Shown here in pieces: positions 35,702 to 44,937 of a stretch of 64,000 bases of DNA. The stretch is from Candidatus Eiseniibacteriota bacterium. Its GTDB lineage: Bacteria; Eisenbacteria; RBG-16-71-46; CAVPCR01. The position numbers and the translations under genes were made by a program. The notes under the pieces are model-generated. The model saw only the letters and a program-made list of their open reading frames with translations. It was not told where the DNA came from and ran no database searches. Position 1 is the first letter of the stretch; every line of letters starts with the position of its first letter. The stretch is from the NCBI GenBank assembly GCA_963823555.1, contig CAWGMA010000001.1:128001-192000 (forward strand), written 5' to 3'.

Positions 35702-38179
35702 CTAGCTGCCGCCCAGCCCGCGGGGCCCGCCACCCCTCATCTGGGCGGCGCTGCCCCCGAGCGGCCGCGCGATGTACTGATCGAAGATCCGGTTGTCGCA
35801 GAGTCGGCGCAGGTAGGCGGCTTCCAGCTCGGGAAACTGGCGGAAGATCTCGCCGACCAGGAGCTCGGTCTCCTGATCGATGGCCTTGCGGACATGTTCT
35901 GGAAGCGCCGGTGCTCCGGGCCCCGCTCCCGGTGAGCGGACGTTGGCCAGGTACTCGATATAGATGAAATCGCCCTGACGCACCAGCCCGACGACTCGAT
36001 CGAGGGCATCGGCGCGGAGCCCGTTGTTGACCGCAGTCAGTCGCTGTGCCAGTCGAGTCTGGAGCTGGGCGTCGACTTCGAGCCGAAGCTCGCGTCCAAC
36101 GCGAGGGGGAGCCAGAGCCAAGGTCTTGATCAGCGGCGTCCAGGGATCGTCCCAGGTCGGATGCTCGCTGGCCTGGTAGAAGACGGTGTAGCGCGGACTG
36201 CGTCCGAGCAAGAAAGAGGGTGGAGGCTCCCCGTAGTAGTCCGACTCATCCATGACTCCAGACCAGTCGGAGGGGCAGAAGAAGAGCTTGATGAAGGGGT
36301 GGTAGAGATATCCATCGGGGTGATGGATATTCACTGCCGCATTCTCGAGGCGGAAGTAGAGAGCAACTTGAGCGCCCTCCCATCGGCTCGGTGCGCGAGC
36401 GGCGCTCTGCGCCGCGATCGTCCATCCCGGAGGCATCACGGCGGCGAGGGTGGTGGCGATGGGGTCGGCACCGGTTGCCGCTGTCGGTACCCTCTCATCG
36501 GCCCCGGCGGGATGACGCACCAGCAGCATCGACGCGCAGCATGCCGTGACGAGCCAGAAGAGGATGCTCGGAGTGGTCCGTCTGGCGGCCGATCGGGATG
36601 CGGGTTGGTGGCTGGTACGAGCCGGATCCGGCTGGGACCGCGGATCCGAGCCGACCGGCAGCACGAGGCGCGCCAGAGCTCCGCCCTGGGGCCGGTTCCT
36701 GAGCTCGAACTGGCCATGGTGGTCATGCACGATCTTCGTGACCACGGCGACCCCGAGTCCGCTGCCACCCTTCTTCGTGGACACGTACGGTTCGCCCACA
36801 TGGTCCAGGATCTCGGGAGGCAGTCCAGGACCGGTGTCGGCGATCTCGACCACCACGGCGCGTTCCCCTTCACCGCGAGGAGCGACCTCACCGCGAACGA
36901 GGAGCTCGCCGCCGTCCGGCATCGCTTCGACCGCATTCTTGAACAGGTTGTTGAACACCTGGCGCAGGAGGCGGGCATCGCCTTCGACCGGAGGCAGATC
37001 GGGCGCCAGTTCGAGCCGGCAGCGGATGCTGGCATTGCAGTACAGCTCGATCGCCTCGCCGAGGAGCGGTGCCAGCTGGACAGGACCGAGCTCGGGAGCC
37101 GGCAGCTTGGCCAGTCGAGAGAACTCATCCGCCATGTGGCGCAAGCTCTCCACTTCGCCGAGGATCGCATCGAGCGACTCATGAAGGCGGGTCTGCCCCT
37201 CACGACCGACGTCCGCGTCAGGGACCGGGGTCGATCCCAGCTCCTGCTTCAGGCGATGGATGGCAAACTGGATCGGCGTTAGCGGGTTCTTTATTTCGTG
37301 CGCAACTCTTCGTGCCACGTCCTGCCACGCCGCGAGGCGCTCGGCGCGTCTCAGATCGCGCCGCGAGCGCTCGAGCTCAGCGGCCATGCGGTTGAAGGAG
37401 TTGACGAGGTACGCCATCTCTTGATCGCCGGAAGGCGCGAGGGCGGGCGTCTGTTCGCCGCGCCCCAGTCGCTCCATGGCCAGGACCAGATCCTCGATCG
37501 GACGTGTCAGGCCGCGCGCCATGAAGCGGGCGAGAACGATGGCGGTGACCAGCACCATGAGGGCCACGAACCCGGTCGAGATCCATACCCATCCTTTCGA
37601 CACGGCCAGGTATAGCTTGAGCCGGTCGAAGAGGCTTGCGCCACGGCGCGCCTCGGCAATCTGCGCGAAGAACTCGGGAGGAATGGCGTAACCGCCGACG
37701 ATGACGCGCAGTGCCGCCGAGTCAGCAGCGGCGATGGCGATGAGGAAGCCCTCCGGCTTCTCGATCAAGCGGCTGGCATCGAGAGCGGCCGCGATCTCTT
37801 CCGAGGTCAACAGGAGGCCCGTGGCCGAAGCCTCGGCCTGGCGCAGCGCATAGCGACCGTCCTCGCGCTCGTAGACCCGGAGGATATCGAGACCCCCGGG
37901 TGCGGCCTGGCCCTCGGCCATGCCCTCGACGGCTTCCAGCAGGTGTTCCTTGAGTGCGCGGAGCGCAACGCGCGCCGCTCCCATCGAGCTGTCCACCGTG
38001 CGCTCGACGCCTGGATTGCCCCAGAACTCGATCGAGCGCGAGAGTCGCTGCGAGATGACGAGGGTGAGCGTGAGGCAGGGGATGACGGCCAGGGCAATGA
38101 AGGCGGCAAGGAGCCGTGTGCGCAAGGAGATGGGTGGCAACCACCTCCGCCTGTGACGTGCCGGTCGCTGTCCGGACAT
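35702..38179 (-). CDS. NtrY-like HAMP sensor histidine kinase with a long C-terminal extension
   Basis: Two TM segments, HAMP, AHEIKNPLTPI, NLFKNAVEA, DTGPG, GSGLG; ~310 further residues after the HATPase domain. Confidence 0.85.
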   Translation of the reverse strand: MSGQRPARHRRRWLPPISLRTRLLAAFIALAVIPCLTLTLVISQRLSRSIEFWGNPGVERTVDSSMGAARVALRALKEHLLEAVEGMAEGQAAPGGLDILRVYEREDGRYALRQAEASATGLLLTSEEIAAALDASRLIEKPEGFLIAIAAADSAALRVIVGGYAIPPEFFAQIAEARRGASLFDRLKLYLAVSKGWVWISTGFVALMVLVTAIVLARFMARGLTRPIEDLVLAMERLGRGEQTPALAPSGDQEMAYLVNSFNRMAAELERSRRDLRRAERLAAWQDVARRVAHEIKNPLTPIQFAIHRLKQELGSTPVPDADVGREGQTRLHESLDAILGEVESLRHMADEFSRLAKLPAPELGPVQLAPLLGEAIELYCNASIRCRLELAPDLPPVEGDARLLRQVFNNLFKNAVEAMPDGGELLVRGEVAPRGEGERAVVVEIADTGPGLPPEILDHVGEPYVSTKKGGSGLGVAVVTKIVHDHHGQFELRNRPQGGALARLVLPVGSDPRSQPDPARTSHQPASRSAARRTTPSILFWLVTACCASMLLVRHPAGADERVPTAATGADPIATTLAAVMPPGWTIAAQSAARAPSRWEGAQVALYFRLENAAVNIHHPDGYLYHPFIKLFFCPSDWSGVMDESDYYGEPPPSFLLGRSPRYTVFYQASEHPTWDDPWTPLIKTLALAPPRVGRELRLEVDAQLQTRLAQRLTAVNNGLRADALDRVVGLVRQGDFIYIEYLANVRSPGAGPGAPALPEHVRKAIDQETELLVGEIFRQFPELEAAYLRRLCDNRIFDQYIARPLGGSAAQMRGGGPRGLGGS

Positions 38180-38182
38180 CGT

Positions 38183-39343
38183 CTAGGTCTCCGCCTGCTT
38201 CGCCTGGGCTCGCCGGCTGCGTCGTGGCCTGCGGGGAACGGACTGCGCGAGCTGGCCGCACGCCGCGAAGATATCCTTGCCCTGACTACGCCGCAAGGTG
38301 ACCGCCACCACTCGCGGCTCGAGAAGGTGGGCGAAGTGCTCCATGCTCTCGGTGCTCGCTCGCTCGAAGTCAGGAAGCCCGGTGGGATTGTAGGGGATCA
38401 GATTGATCTTGCTCGCAGTACGGTTGGCGAAGCGAGCGAGCCGCCGGGCGTCGTCGGCCGAGTCGTTGACTCCGGCGAGGAGCACGTACTCGATCGTGGA
38501 CCGTTCACCGCTGCGTTCGGCATGCTCGCGCATCGCCGTGGCGAGCGCTTCCATCGCGTAGCGACGGTTCACCGGCATGAGCTCGTTGCGCTGGGGATCG
38601 GTCGTTGCTCCCAGGGACACGGCCAGTCGGACCTTCGGCCGCTCGCGGGCCAGGCGTCTGATCCCGGGGACGACACCAACCGTCGACAAGGTGATGCGCC
38701 TTGCGCTCAAGGCCAGACCTTCCTTGTGCGTGAGAATGTCGATGGCCCGGATCACCGCATCGAGATTGGCCATGGGCTCGCCCATGCCCATGAACACGAT
38801 GTTGAACCGCTCGGGGAGGGGCGCGATCGCGTCCAGGCCATAGACCTGGTCCACGATCTCGGCGGGGCTCAGGTTGCGCACGAATCCCATCTGTGCGGTG
38901 CGACAGAACCGGCAGCCAAATCCACACCCGACCTGGGACGAGAGACAGAGCGTGAGTCGGCCTGGCGTTGCGATCCGAACCGTCTCGATGCGGGCCCCGT
39001 CCGCCGCGACCAGGACGAACTTGCGGGTCTCGGTCTCCTGCGATCGTTGCTCTTCGACCACGGTGAGCGCCGGGATCGAGAACTCGCTGGCGAGGCGCTC
39101 GCGGAGGAGCGCGGGTAGATTCGTCATCGAAGCGAAGTCGCGGGCGCGCCGGGCATGCAGCCAGCCGAAGAGCTGGCGGGCGCGGAAAGGGCGGTCGCCG
39201 GCGGGAAGCGGGGCGATGGCGCGCACGAGGTCATCAGGCAGCGCCCCGAGCAGGCTGGGTCGTGTCTGAGAACCAGCCGCGGCCAGCGGCTCGATCGATA
39301 CCGCAGGCGAGTCTGATGCCGGCAGTGGCGGGCGATGGATCAC
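38183..39343 (-). CDS. rlmN: 23S rRNA (A2503-C2) methyltransferase RlmN
   Basis: SSQVGCGFGCRFC, VFMGMGEP, NLIPYNP, DIFAACGQL; start uncertain. Confidence 0.93.
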   Translation of the reverse strand: MIHRPPLPASDSPAVSIEPLAAAGSQTRPSLLGALPDDLVRAIAPLPAGDRPFRARQLFGWLHARRARDFASMTNLPALLRERLASEFSIPALTVVEEQRSQETETRKFVLVAADGARIETVRIATPGRLTLCLSSQVGCGFGCRFCRTAQMGFVRNLSPAEIVDQVYGLDAIAPLPERFNIVFMGMGEPMANLDAVIRAIDILTHKEGLALSARRITLSTVGVVPGIRRLARERPKVRLAVSLGATTDPQRNELMPVNRRYAMEALATAMREHAERSGERSTIEYVLLAGVNDSADDARRLARFANRTASKINLIPYNPTGLPDFERASTESMEHFAHLLEPRVVAVTLRRSQGKDIFAACGQLAQSVPRRPRRSRRAQAKQAET

Positions 39344-39568
39344 GTGAACGTCTGGTTCGAGGTCGGCGCCCGAATGGGGAGCACGGGCGCGATGATGGAT
39401 GATGGATGCGGAAAGGACCACCTCACTCGCAACGCCAAAGGATATCACACCTTGTCAAAGCTGGCCGGTTCCGCCGGCCGGCCTGATCGCCTTGGAAGGG
39501 ACCCGCCTCTTTGCCCAGGGCCAGGAAGGTCCTGTTACAGGCAGGTATAAAAAAGCTTGCGAACCCCG

Positions 39569-39596
39569 TTGACCCCCTCCGTTCCTGGGCTATGCT
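39569..39596 (+). promoter_or_regulatory. Candidate sigma70 promoter of the peptide/activator operon
   Basis: TTGACC-N16-TATGCT in the divergent intergenic region. Confidence 0.6.
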
Positions 39597-39732
39597 GGTG
39601 CTGAGGGAGAAGTTCGCTCACTGACGGCGAGTGACTCCTCCGCGAGGTCCCCACATCCTCTCGAGGTTGTTCCCGGTGGTGCCGTCGAGCGAAAGCCGCA
39701 GTTCGCTGCGGGCGAAGGAGTTGACTTACCCC

Positions 39733-40068
39733 ATGTGTCGCCGAACGAGGTACTTGCTAATCCCTGCGTGCCTCCTCCTTCTCACGGCCGTGGTGCCCCC
39801 TCAGCCGGCCTTGGGCAATGGTGATCCAGACGAGGTCATCGAAAAGACCGAACCGTTTCCGCCGCTTCCACCCTTCCAGATTCCACCCTCGTCACCACCC
39901 GCGCACGGGTTCCAGGGAGACCCGGACGAGCTACCGGACGGGGGCTACGACGATGAGGGGGGCTCCGGAGGGCCGACGCTCCCCGGAGACAGCGGTATGC
40001 GCGGAACCGGAGACTGGATCTTCATGATGCTCAACGTGATGAGGCTCGCATTCTCGGCCGCGTATTGA
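39733..40068 (+). CDS. Small secreted peptide precursor with two GDPDE motifs (111 aa)
   Basis: GAAGGAG RBS; signal peptide MCRRTRYLLIPACLLLLTAVVPPQPALG; GDPDE at 39820-39834 and 39916-39930; hydrophobic C-terminal helix. Confidence 0.75.
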   Translation: MCRRTRYLLIPACLLLLTAVVPPQPALGNGDPDEVIEKTEPFPPLPPFQIPPSSPPAHGFQGDPDELPDGGYDDEGGSGGPTLPGDSGMRGTGDWIFMMLNVMRLAFSAAY

Positions 40069-40123
40069 TCTCGTCGCTGTTCCACGACCCCGTGGCTAGC
40101 TCCCAGAGGTGCATGGGCACCGA

Positions 40124-43100
40124 ATGTCGGAGATCAAGGTGAGGAAGGGGAAACCCGCCGCCCCAGAGGTCGCAGCCTGCGCCCCCGGCTCCCGGGCCGA
40201 GTTCGAGAAGCTTCTCCAGCTCGGCAATGGGCAGTTCGAGTGTGATAACCGCAAGGAGGCGCTTGCCTTCTATGCCCAGGCCTGGGAACTCCTGTTAGCG
40301 GCGGACCGGGCAGCAACTTCCGACCCCGGAGACCTCCCGGGGATGGCCGGAGAGGCCGTCTTCCTGTGCCGCCGGATGGGCGAGGTCCATCAGCTGCGCG
40401 GCGACTTCGAGGCTGCCCGCCATGTCCTCGCCGAGGCCGAGCGCCGGCTCGAGGAGCATCCTGACGACCATGAGCTGGGACAAGTTCTCGCCATCCGGGG
40501 CTCGATCGCGATCGACCTCGGCCGGTTCTCCCAGGCTCAACGCCTTCTGAAGCGGGCATATGAGCTCCTCAAGAGCTCGCCCGACCATCACGCCTTCGGC
40601 GCCCTCGAGCGCCGCCTCGGCAAGCTGTACCTGCGCATGGGACGGCCACAGGAGGCCCGGACCTACTTCGAGAGTGCGCTCGCCACCTTCCGTCGCATCG
40701 GCGACCAGCGCGGCATCGCCGGCACGCTCAATAACCTCGGCCTCATCCACAAGCTCGCCTGCGAGTGGATGGAGGCGGTCCGGGTCATGGAGAAGGGCCT
40801 CGTTCTGAACGAGATCCTCGCTGACGAGGCTCAGATCGGCGCCCTGTGCATCAACCTCGGTGTCGTGCACATGAAGATCGGCCAGTGGCAGCGGGCTGAG
40901 GAACGCCTCGACCGGGCCATCGCCTGCAATGCGCGCATCGGCAACCGCCGTGGCCTTGCCAACGCGTACATCGCCCGGGCCAATCTGGCGCTCCGCCTTC
41001 GTCAGTGGCGGGATGCCGAGCGCTGGCTCGAGCAGGCGCTCGAGATCGCGCACCCCCTCGGCCTCGTGCGGGCCGAGGGCTTGGCCCTCGAATCCCTGGG
41101 CGATCTTGCCGCCGATCGCGGCGACTTCGCACGTGCCGAGGAGCATCTGCGCGCCGGCCTCGAGCTTGCCCGCCCGCTGGGCGCGGACAACGAGCTCATC
41201 GGGGAGCTCGGGCGGCGTCTGGGGGAAGTGTGCGCTTCCACGGATCGTCCCGACGAAGCGCTGGCCCTCGTTGAGGAAGCCATCCATATCGCGCGCAAGG
41301 TCGGTGATCTCTACGAGGAGGCACTCTGTCATCGCCTCTTCGCGCGGATCCACGGTCTCCGGGGAGAGATCAAGCTGTTCCGCGAGCATGCGGCTCAGAT
41401 CATCGGTCGTCTCTCGCATATGGGGGAGAGGCGCGAGCAAGCGCGCACCTTCCTGGCCCTCGGCGATGTCTGGATGGCCCAGCGCTCCGCCCTTGCCGAG
41501 TCATGGCTCGAGGAAGCGCAGGTTTCCTATCAGCGGGCCGAGACCCTGGCGCTCGGCCTCGAGCTGCGCGGGGAGGCGGCGCTCGCCTCGCTCCGACTCG
41601 CCGAGCTCGAGCGCGAGCAGGGGCGGCTCGACCAGGCGCTTGTACGCATCGGGAGCGCGCTGCACCAGGCCGGGGAAGGAGAGCCGGCGATCCGTGAGGA
41701 GCTCGTTCGCCTCCGGGGCGAGGTCGAGGACGCCATGGCGGCCGGCTACGGGCCGAAGGCGGCCGAGCGCGAGGCCTTCCAGGAAGTCACGAAGCTCTAT
41801 TCGGGTCGCGCCGATGTCGATGCTGTGCTCGAGAACCTGATTCGTCTGATCGAGGAGCGGTCGGGGTCCGACCGGGCCTTCTGCGCCTGGGCTCCCAAGG
41901 AAGCGCCGCCAGCGGTCTGCGCGACCACCGGTTTCCGGCGGAGCGAGGCCACACGGATCCTGAACGGGCTCGGGCGCGGGCTCGTGGCCGAGCTCATCGC
42001 CGATGATCGTCCGCTCATTGCCACCGATCCCGAGGATGATCCCCGACTCCAATTCATCGGCCATCGCGATGGCAGCTCCGCTCTCTCCATAGCCGTCATG
42101 CCCTTCCAGATCCCGGATCAGGTACAGGGCATCGTCTATGTGGAGCGCTCACCGGGCAATCATGCCGGCCCCTATCGCGCCGCCGATATCGCTCTGCTCT
42201 CGATGCTCACGAACGTCGTAGCCATCGCCGCCGTCGAGGCAGAACGCGCGCGCCGGCTCACCGAGGGGGTAGCGGCCGCCGACCGTCCGCCGGCCCTGGC
42301 AAGCATCATCACCGGCAACTCGGAGATGCTGCGCATCCTGAACCTGCTCGAGCGTGTCGCATCGACGCCGGCGAGAGTCCTCTTGCTGGGCGAGACCGGA
42401 ACCGGCAAGGGGCTTCTCGCCAGCGCATTGCATCACTTGAGCCCACGGGCGCAGGAGCCGTTTCTGCAGATCAACTGCGCGGCGTTGCCGGAGCCGCTCC
42501 TCGAGAGCGAGCTCTTCGGGCACGTGCAGGGAGCGTTCACCGGCGCCATCCGGGAGAAGCTCGGGCTGTTCGCGGAAGCAGGGGCCGGTACCATCTTCCT
42601 CGATGAAATCGACAAGATGACGCCTTCCATGCAGGCGAAGCTCTTGCACGTTCTCGACCGCCAGGAAGTGCGGCTCGTCGGCGACACCAAGTGGCGCCAG
42701 ATCCACTGTCGAGTGGTGAGCGCTGCCAACGTCGACCTCCGCGAGCTCATTCGCAAGGGCGAATTCCTGGAGGATCTCTACTACCGGCTGAATGAGTTCT
42801 CGGTGCTGGTGCCCCCGCTTCGCGATCGCCCGGATGATGTTCTGCTCCTGGCGCGGCACTTCATCGAGAAATCAGCGGTTCGGATGGGGCGTCATCCGCG
42901 CGGCATGGATCCGGAGGTCGAGCGCCTGCTCGTGAGCTACGAATGGCCGGGTAACGTGCGCGAGCTCGAGAAGACCGTCGAGCGTATGGTCGTACTTGCG
43001 ATGGACGATGCCCCGCTCGGGCTCGACCTCCTGCCCGAGGGTCTTGTCAGCCCGTCCTCATCGCTCAAGGCGGGCACGACGTTGCGCGAGGAGATCCGTC

Positions 43101-43285
43101 GACTCGAAGCCCGGATGATCGGCCAGTCGCTCCGCGAGAACGGATGGAACAAGCTGCGCACGGCGCGCGCGCTCAAGCTGTCCTATCCCGCTCTGCTCAA
43201 GAAGATCCGCGAGTATGATCTCGATCGTCGCCGAAACGGCGGCAGCGCTCCCTCCCGACGCAAGAGCGTTAACAGTCAGATATAA
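40124..43285 (+). CDS. Sigma54-dependent enhancer-binding protein with TPR and GAF domains
   Basis: Many TPR-like repeats (TLNNLGLIH), GAF region, GETGTGKG, ELFGHVQGAFTGA, FLDEID, WPGNVRELE, Fis-type HTH. Confidence 0.93.
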   Translation: MSEIKVRKGKPAAPEVAACAPGSRAEFEKLLQLGNGQFECDNRKEALAFYAQAWELLLAADRAATSDPGDLPGMAGEAVFLCRRMGEVHQLRGDFEAARHVLAEAERRLEEHPDDHELGQVLAIRGSIAIDLGRFSQAQRLLKRAYELLKSSPDHHAFGALERRLGKLYLRMGRPQEARTYFESALATFRRIGDQRGIAGTLNNLGLIHKLACEWMEAVRVMEKGLVLNEILADEAQIGALCINLGVVHMKIGQWQRAEERLDRAIACNARIGNRRGLANAYIARANLALRLRQWRDAERWLEQALEIAHPLGLVRAEGLALESLGDLAADRGDFARAEEHLRAGLELARPLGADNELIGELGRRLGEVCASTDRPDEALALVEEAIHIARKVGDLYEEALCHRLFARIHGLRGEIKLFREHAAQIIGRLSHMGERREQARTFLALGDVWMAQRSALAESWLEEAQVSYQRAETLALGLELRGEAALASLRLAELEREQGRLDQALVRIGSALHQAGEGEPAIREELVRLRGEVEDAMAAGYGPKAAEREAFQEVTKLYSGRADVDAVLENLIRLIEERSGSDRAFCAWAPKEAPPAVCATTGFRRSEATRILNGLGRGLVAELIADDRPLIATDPEDDPRLQFIGHRDGSSALSIAVMPFQIPDQVQGIVYVERSPGNHAGPYRAADIALLSMLTNVVAIAAVEAERARRLTEGVAAADRPPALASIITGNSEMLRILNLLERVASTPARVLLLGETGTGKGLLASALHHLSPRAQEPFLQINCAALPEPLLESELFGHVQGAFTGAIREKLGLFAEAGAGTIFLDEIDKMTPSMQAKLLHVLDRQEVRLVGDTKWRQIHCRVVSAANVDLRELIRKGEFLEDLYYRLNEFSVLVPPLRDRPDDVLLLARHFIEKSAVRMGRHPRGMDPEVERLLVSYEWPGNVRELEKTVERMVVLAMDDAPLGLDLLPEGLVSPSSSLKAGTTLREEIRRLEARMIGQSLRENGWNKLRTARALKLSYPALLKKIREYDLDRRRNGGSAPSRRKSVNSQI

Positions 43286-43416
43286 CTCGGATTGCCATTC
43301 CCAGTTTCTTTGAACACAACTGGTTGTGGCTGTCGTTTCGTTTCGATGGAAATTAAGTTGATAGTTTGCGGCCGGTACTTGAAGACAAGGTCCACCCGCA
43401 GCAGCCGCCCCACATG

Positions 43417-43445
43417 CTCAACTCGTTACAAAGGATAGAGTTGAG
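43417..43445. promoter_or_regulatory. Inverted repeat upstream of the first sigma54 promoter (IHF-like or activator site)
   Basis: CTCAACTC-N13-GAGTTGAG; GAGTTGAG recurs at 43931-43938 before the second promoter. Confidence 0.55.
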
Positions 43446-43471
43446 GCTCAGGACGCAATCCCCAATCGGAT

Positions 43472-43487
43472 TGGCATGCTTCTGGCT
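43472..43487 (+). promoter_or_regulatory. Sigma54 -24/-12 promoter 1
   Basis: TGGCATGCTTCTGGCT, exact GG-N10-GC; predicted +1 near 43498. Confidence 0.72.
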
Positions 43488-43496
43488 GAGGACAAT

Positions 43497-43782
43497 GCGT
43501 GGAGTGGGGACCTCCTAGGACTCCCTGGGGTATTCGGAGTCTCGAGGCCTCCGGACAGATCTCTTCCTCAACTGCAGCCTGGGCTGTCCGGAGTATCTCG
43601 AACCCGAATACCTCGGGGGTCCGAATTCATCATCTTGGTGTGGATGAGCTGAACCGCCTGCTCATCCGATCACCTCTGAATTCGCCACTCCCCGCATGGC
43701 CAAGGCTCCGGCGGTTCAACAAGCGTCTTGGCATCGGGGGGTGTGACGCGGCCTCGGGTTCGTCGACCCGAGGCCGTTTTCT
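43497..43782 (+). ncRNA. Unrecognised structured ncRNA (~285 nt)
   Basis: Closing stem 43495-43507/43685-43697, two long internal hairpins, a further hairpin, 9-bp loop-loop complementarity, flanked by a sigma54 promoter and a terminator. Confidence 0.75.
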
Positions 43783-43785
43783 TCT
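43749..43785 (+). terminator. Intrinsic terminator
   Basis: CGGCCTCGGGT-N6-ACCCGAGGCCG followed by TTTTCTTCT. Confidence 0.88.
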
Positions 43786-43963
43786 GGATTCTCCAATCCT
43801 CCTGCTCTGCCCACCCCAGTGGTTTCGTGTGGCGAGCGCGCTACGTGGCGTGACCTCGCTGCCGCGCTGATTCCTCGCCTGCCTGTCTCTCCAGGTTCCA
43901 TGTCCTTCCCGTATCCATTGTCCCGATAATGAGTTGAGTCTGTCCATCGGCCCTTCGGGAGGC

Positions 43964-43979
43964 TGGCATTCGAAATGCG
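43964..43979 (+). promoter_or_regulatory. Sigma54 -24/-12 promoter 2
   Basis: TGGCATTCGAAATGCG, GG-N10-GC, upstream of the lipoprotein gene. Confidence 0.68.
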
Positions 43980-44103
43980 TTGGGGGATCGGTGCGGGTGG
44001 CCGCAGGGCCACCCGACCGCACCGGCAAGGTGCCGCGCGGGGAAGGGCAAGCATCGCCTGCGGGCGGCCCGTTCAGGCCCGTCCGCGAAGGGAGGTGACC
44101 CCG

Positions 44104-44937
44104 ATGGCGATCCGCCAGGAACCTGAGAAGATCGGCGACACCGCTCGCGGCCGCGCCCGGCTCGTGCTCGCGGCGCCTCTCGTCGCCGTCCTCCTCCTTC
44201 TGAGTTCGGGTTGTGGGCTCGACCTCGACGATGACCCGGTCGTCGGTCCCCGCGACGTGACGCCGCCGGCGATCCCGACCGGAGTCCGTTCCGTCACCGG
44301 TGACAGCCAGGTGCAGCTCGTGTGGAACCCCAATGTCGAAGAGGATCTCGCCTGCTACCGCATCTACTGGAGTCCGGCGCCGGCAGGTCCCTACGAGTTC
44401 ATGGCCGAGACCGACATCCCCCGCTTCGTCGATCGCGATGTCGACAACGGCGTGACTTACTTCTACGCGGTGACGGCCGTCGATGTCGCAGGGAATGAGA
44501 GCGAGCTTTCGCTGGAGCTGATTCATGACACCCCTCGCCCTGCGGGGACCGATCTCGTCCTCTGGCGCGCGTCCGGCCCGAGCTGGGAGCTCTCCGGCTA
44601 CGACTTCAGCAGTTACGTGCGGCGTCCGTGGAGCTCGGTCGACGCCGACATGTACTTCAACCTGGAGAGCGGGCGTCCGGCCATGGTGGCCTCGGATCCT
44701 GCTACCGATCTGCAGGATGCCGGCTATGCCCAGCTCGATGATCTCGACTGGGCACCCCCCGCGGGCTGGACGGGCGAAGACCGCGTGACCCTCATCGAAG
44801 GCCACTGCTACTACGTCTGGACCCGCGACGACCACTACGCCAAGTTCCGTGTCACCGATCTGAATCTCGAGCGGGTGGTCATCGACTGGGCTTACCAGAT
44901 CGACAAGTCGAACCCCGAGCTCGTGAGAGGTAGGTGA
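44104..44937 (+). CDS. Lipoprotein with fibronectin type III-like domain
   Basis: GGAGG RBS; lipobox LSSGC; DVTPPAIPTG..QVQLVW..YRIY..YFYAVTAVDVAGNES. Confidence 0.8.
   Translation: MAIRQEPEKIGDTARGRARLVLAAPLVAVLLLLSSGCGLDLDDDPVVGPRDVTPPAIPTGVRSVTGDSQVQLVWNPNVEEDLACYRIYWSPAPAGPYEFMAETDIPRFVDRDVDNGVTYFYAVTAVDVAGNESELSLELIHDTPRPAGTDLVLWRASGPSWELSGYDFSSYVRRPWSSVDADMYFNLESGRPAMVASDPATDLQDAGYAQLDDLDWAPPAGWTGEDRVTLIEGHCYYVWTRDDHYAKFRVTDLNLERVVIDWAYQIDKSNPELVRGR

Noticed and set aside
43497..43785. Identity as tmRNA, RNase P, SRP, 6S RNA or a known riboswitch
   Set aside because: No tRNA-like ends or tag ORF, no GAGGAAAGUCC, no SRP GGAA domain, not a single rod like 6S. The downstream operon has its own promoter, which argues against an attenuator. 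Rfam search not run.
43499..43870. 123-aa ORF over the intergenic RNA
   Set aside because: GTG start at the predicted +1, runs through a strong terminator, no protein features; extensive pairing explains the sequence better.
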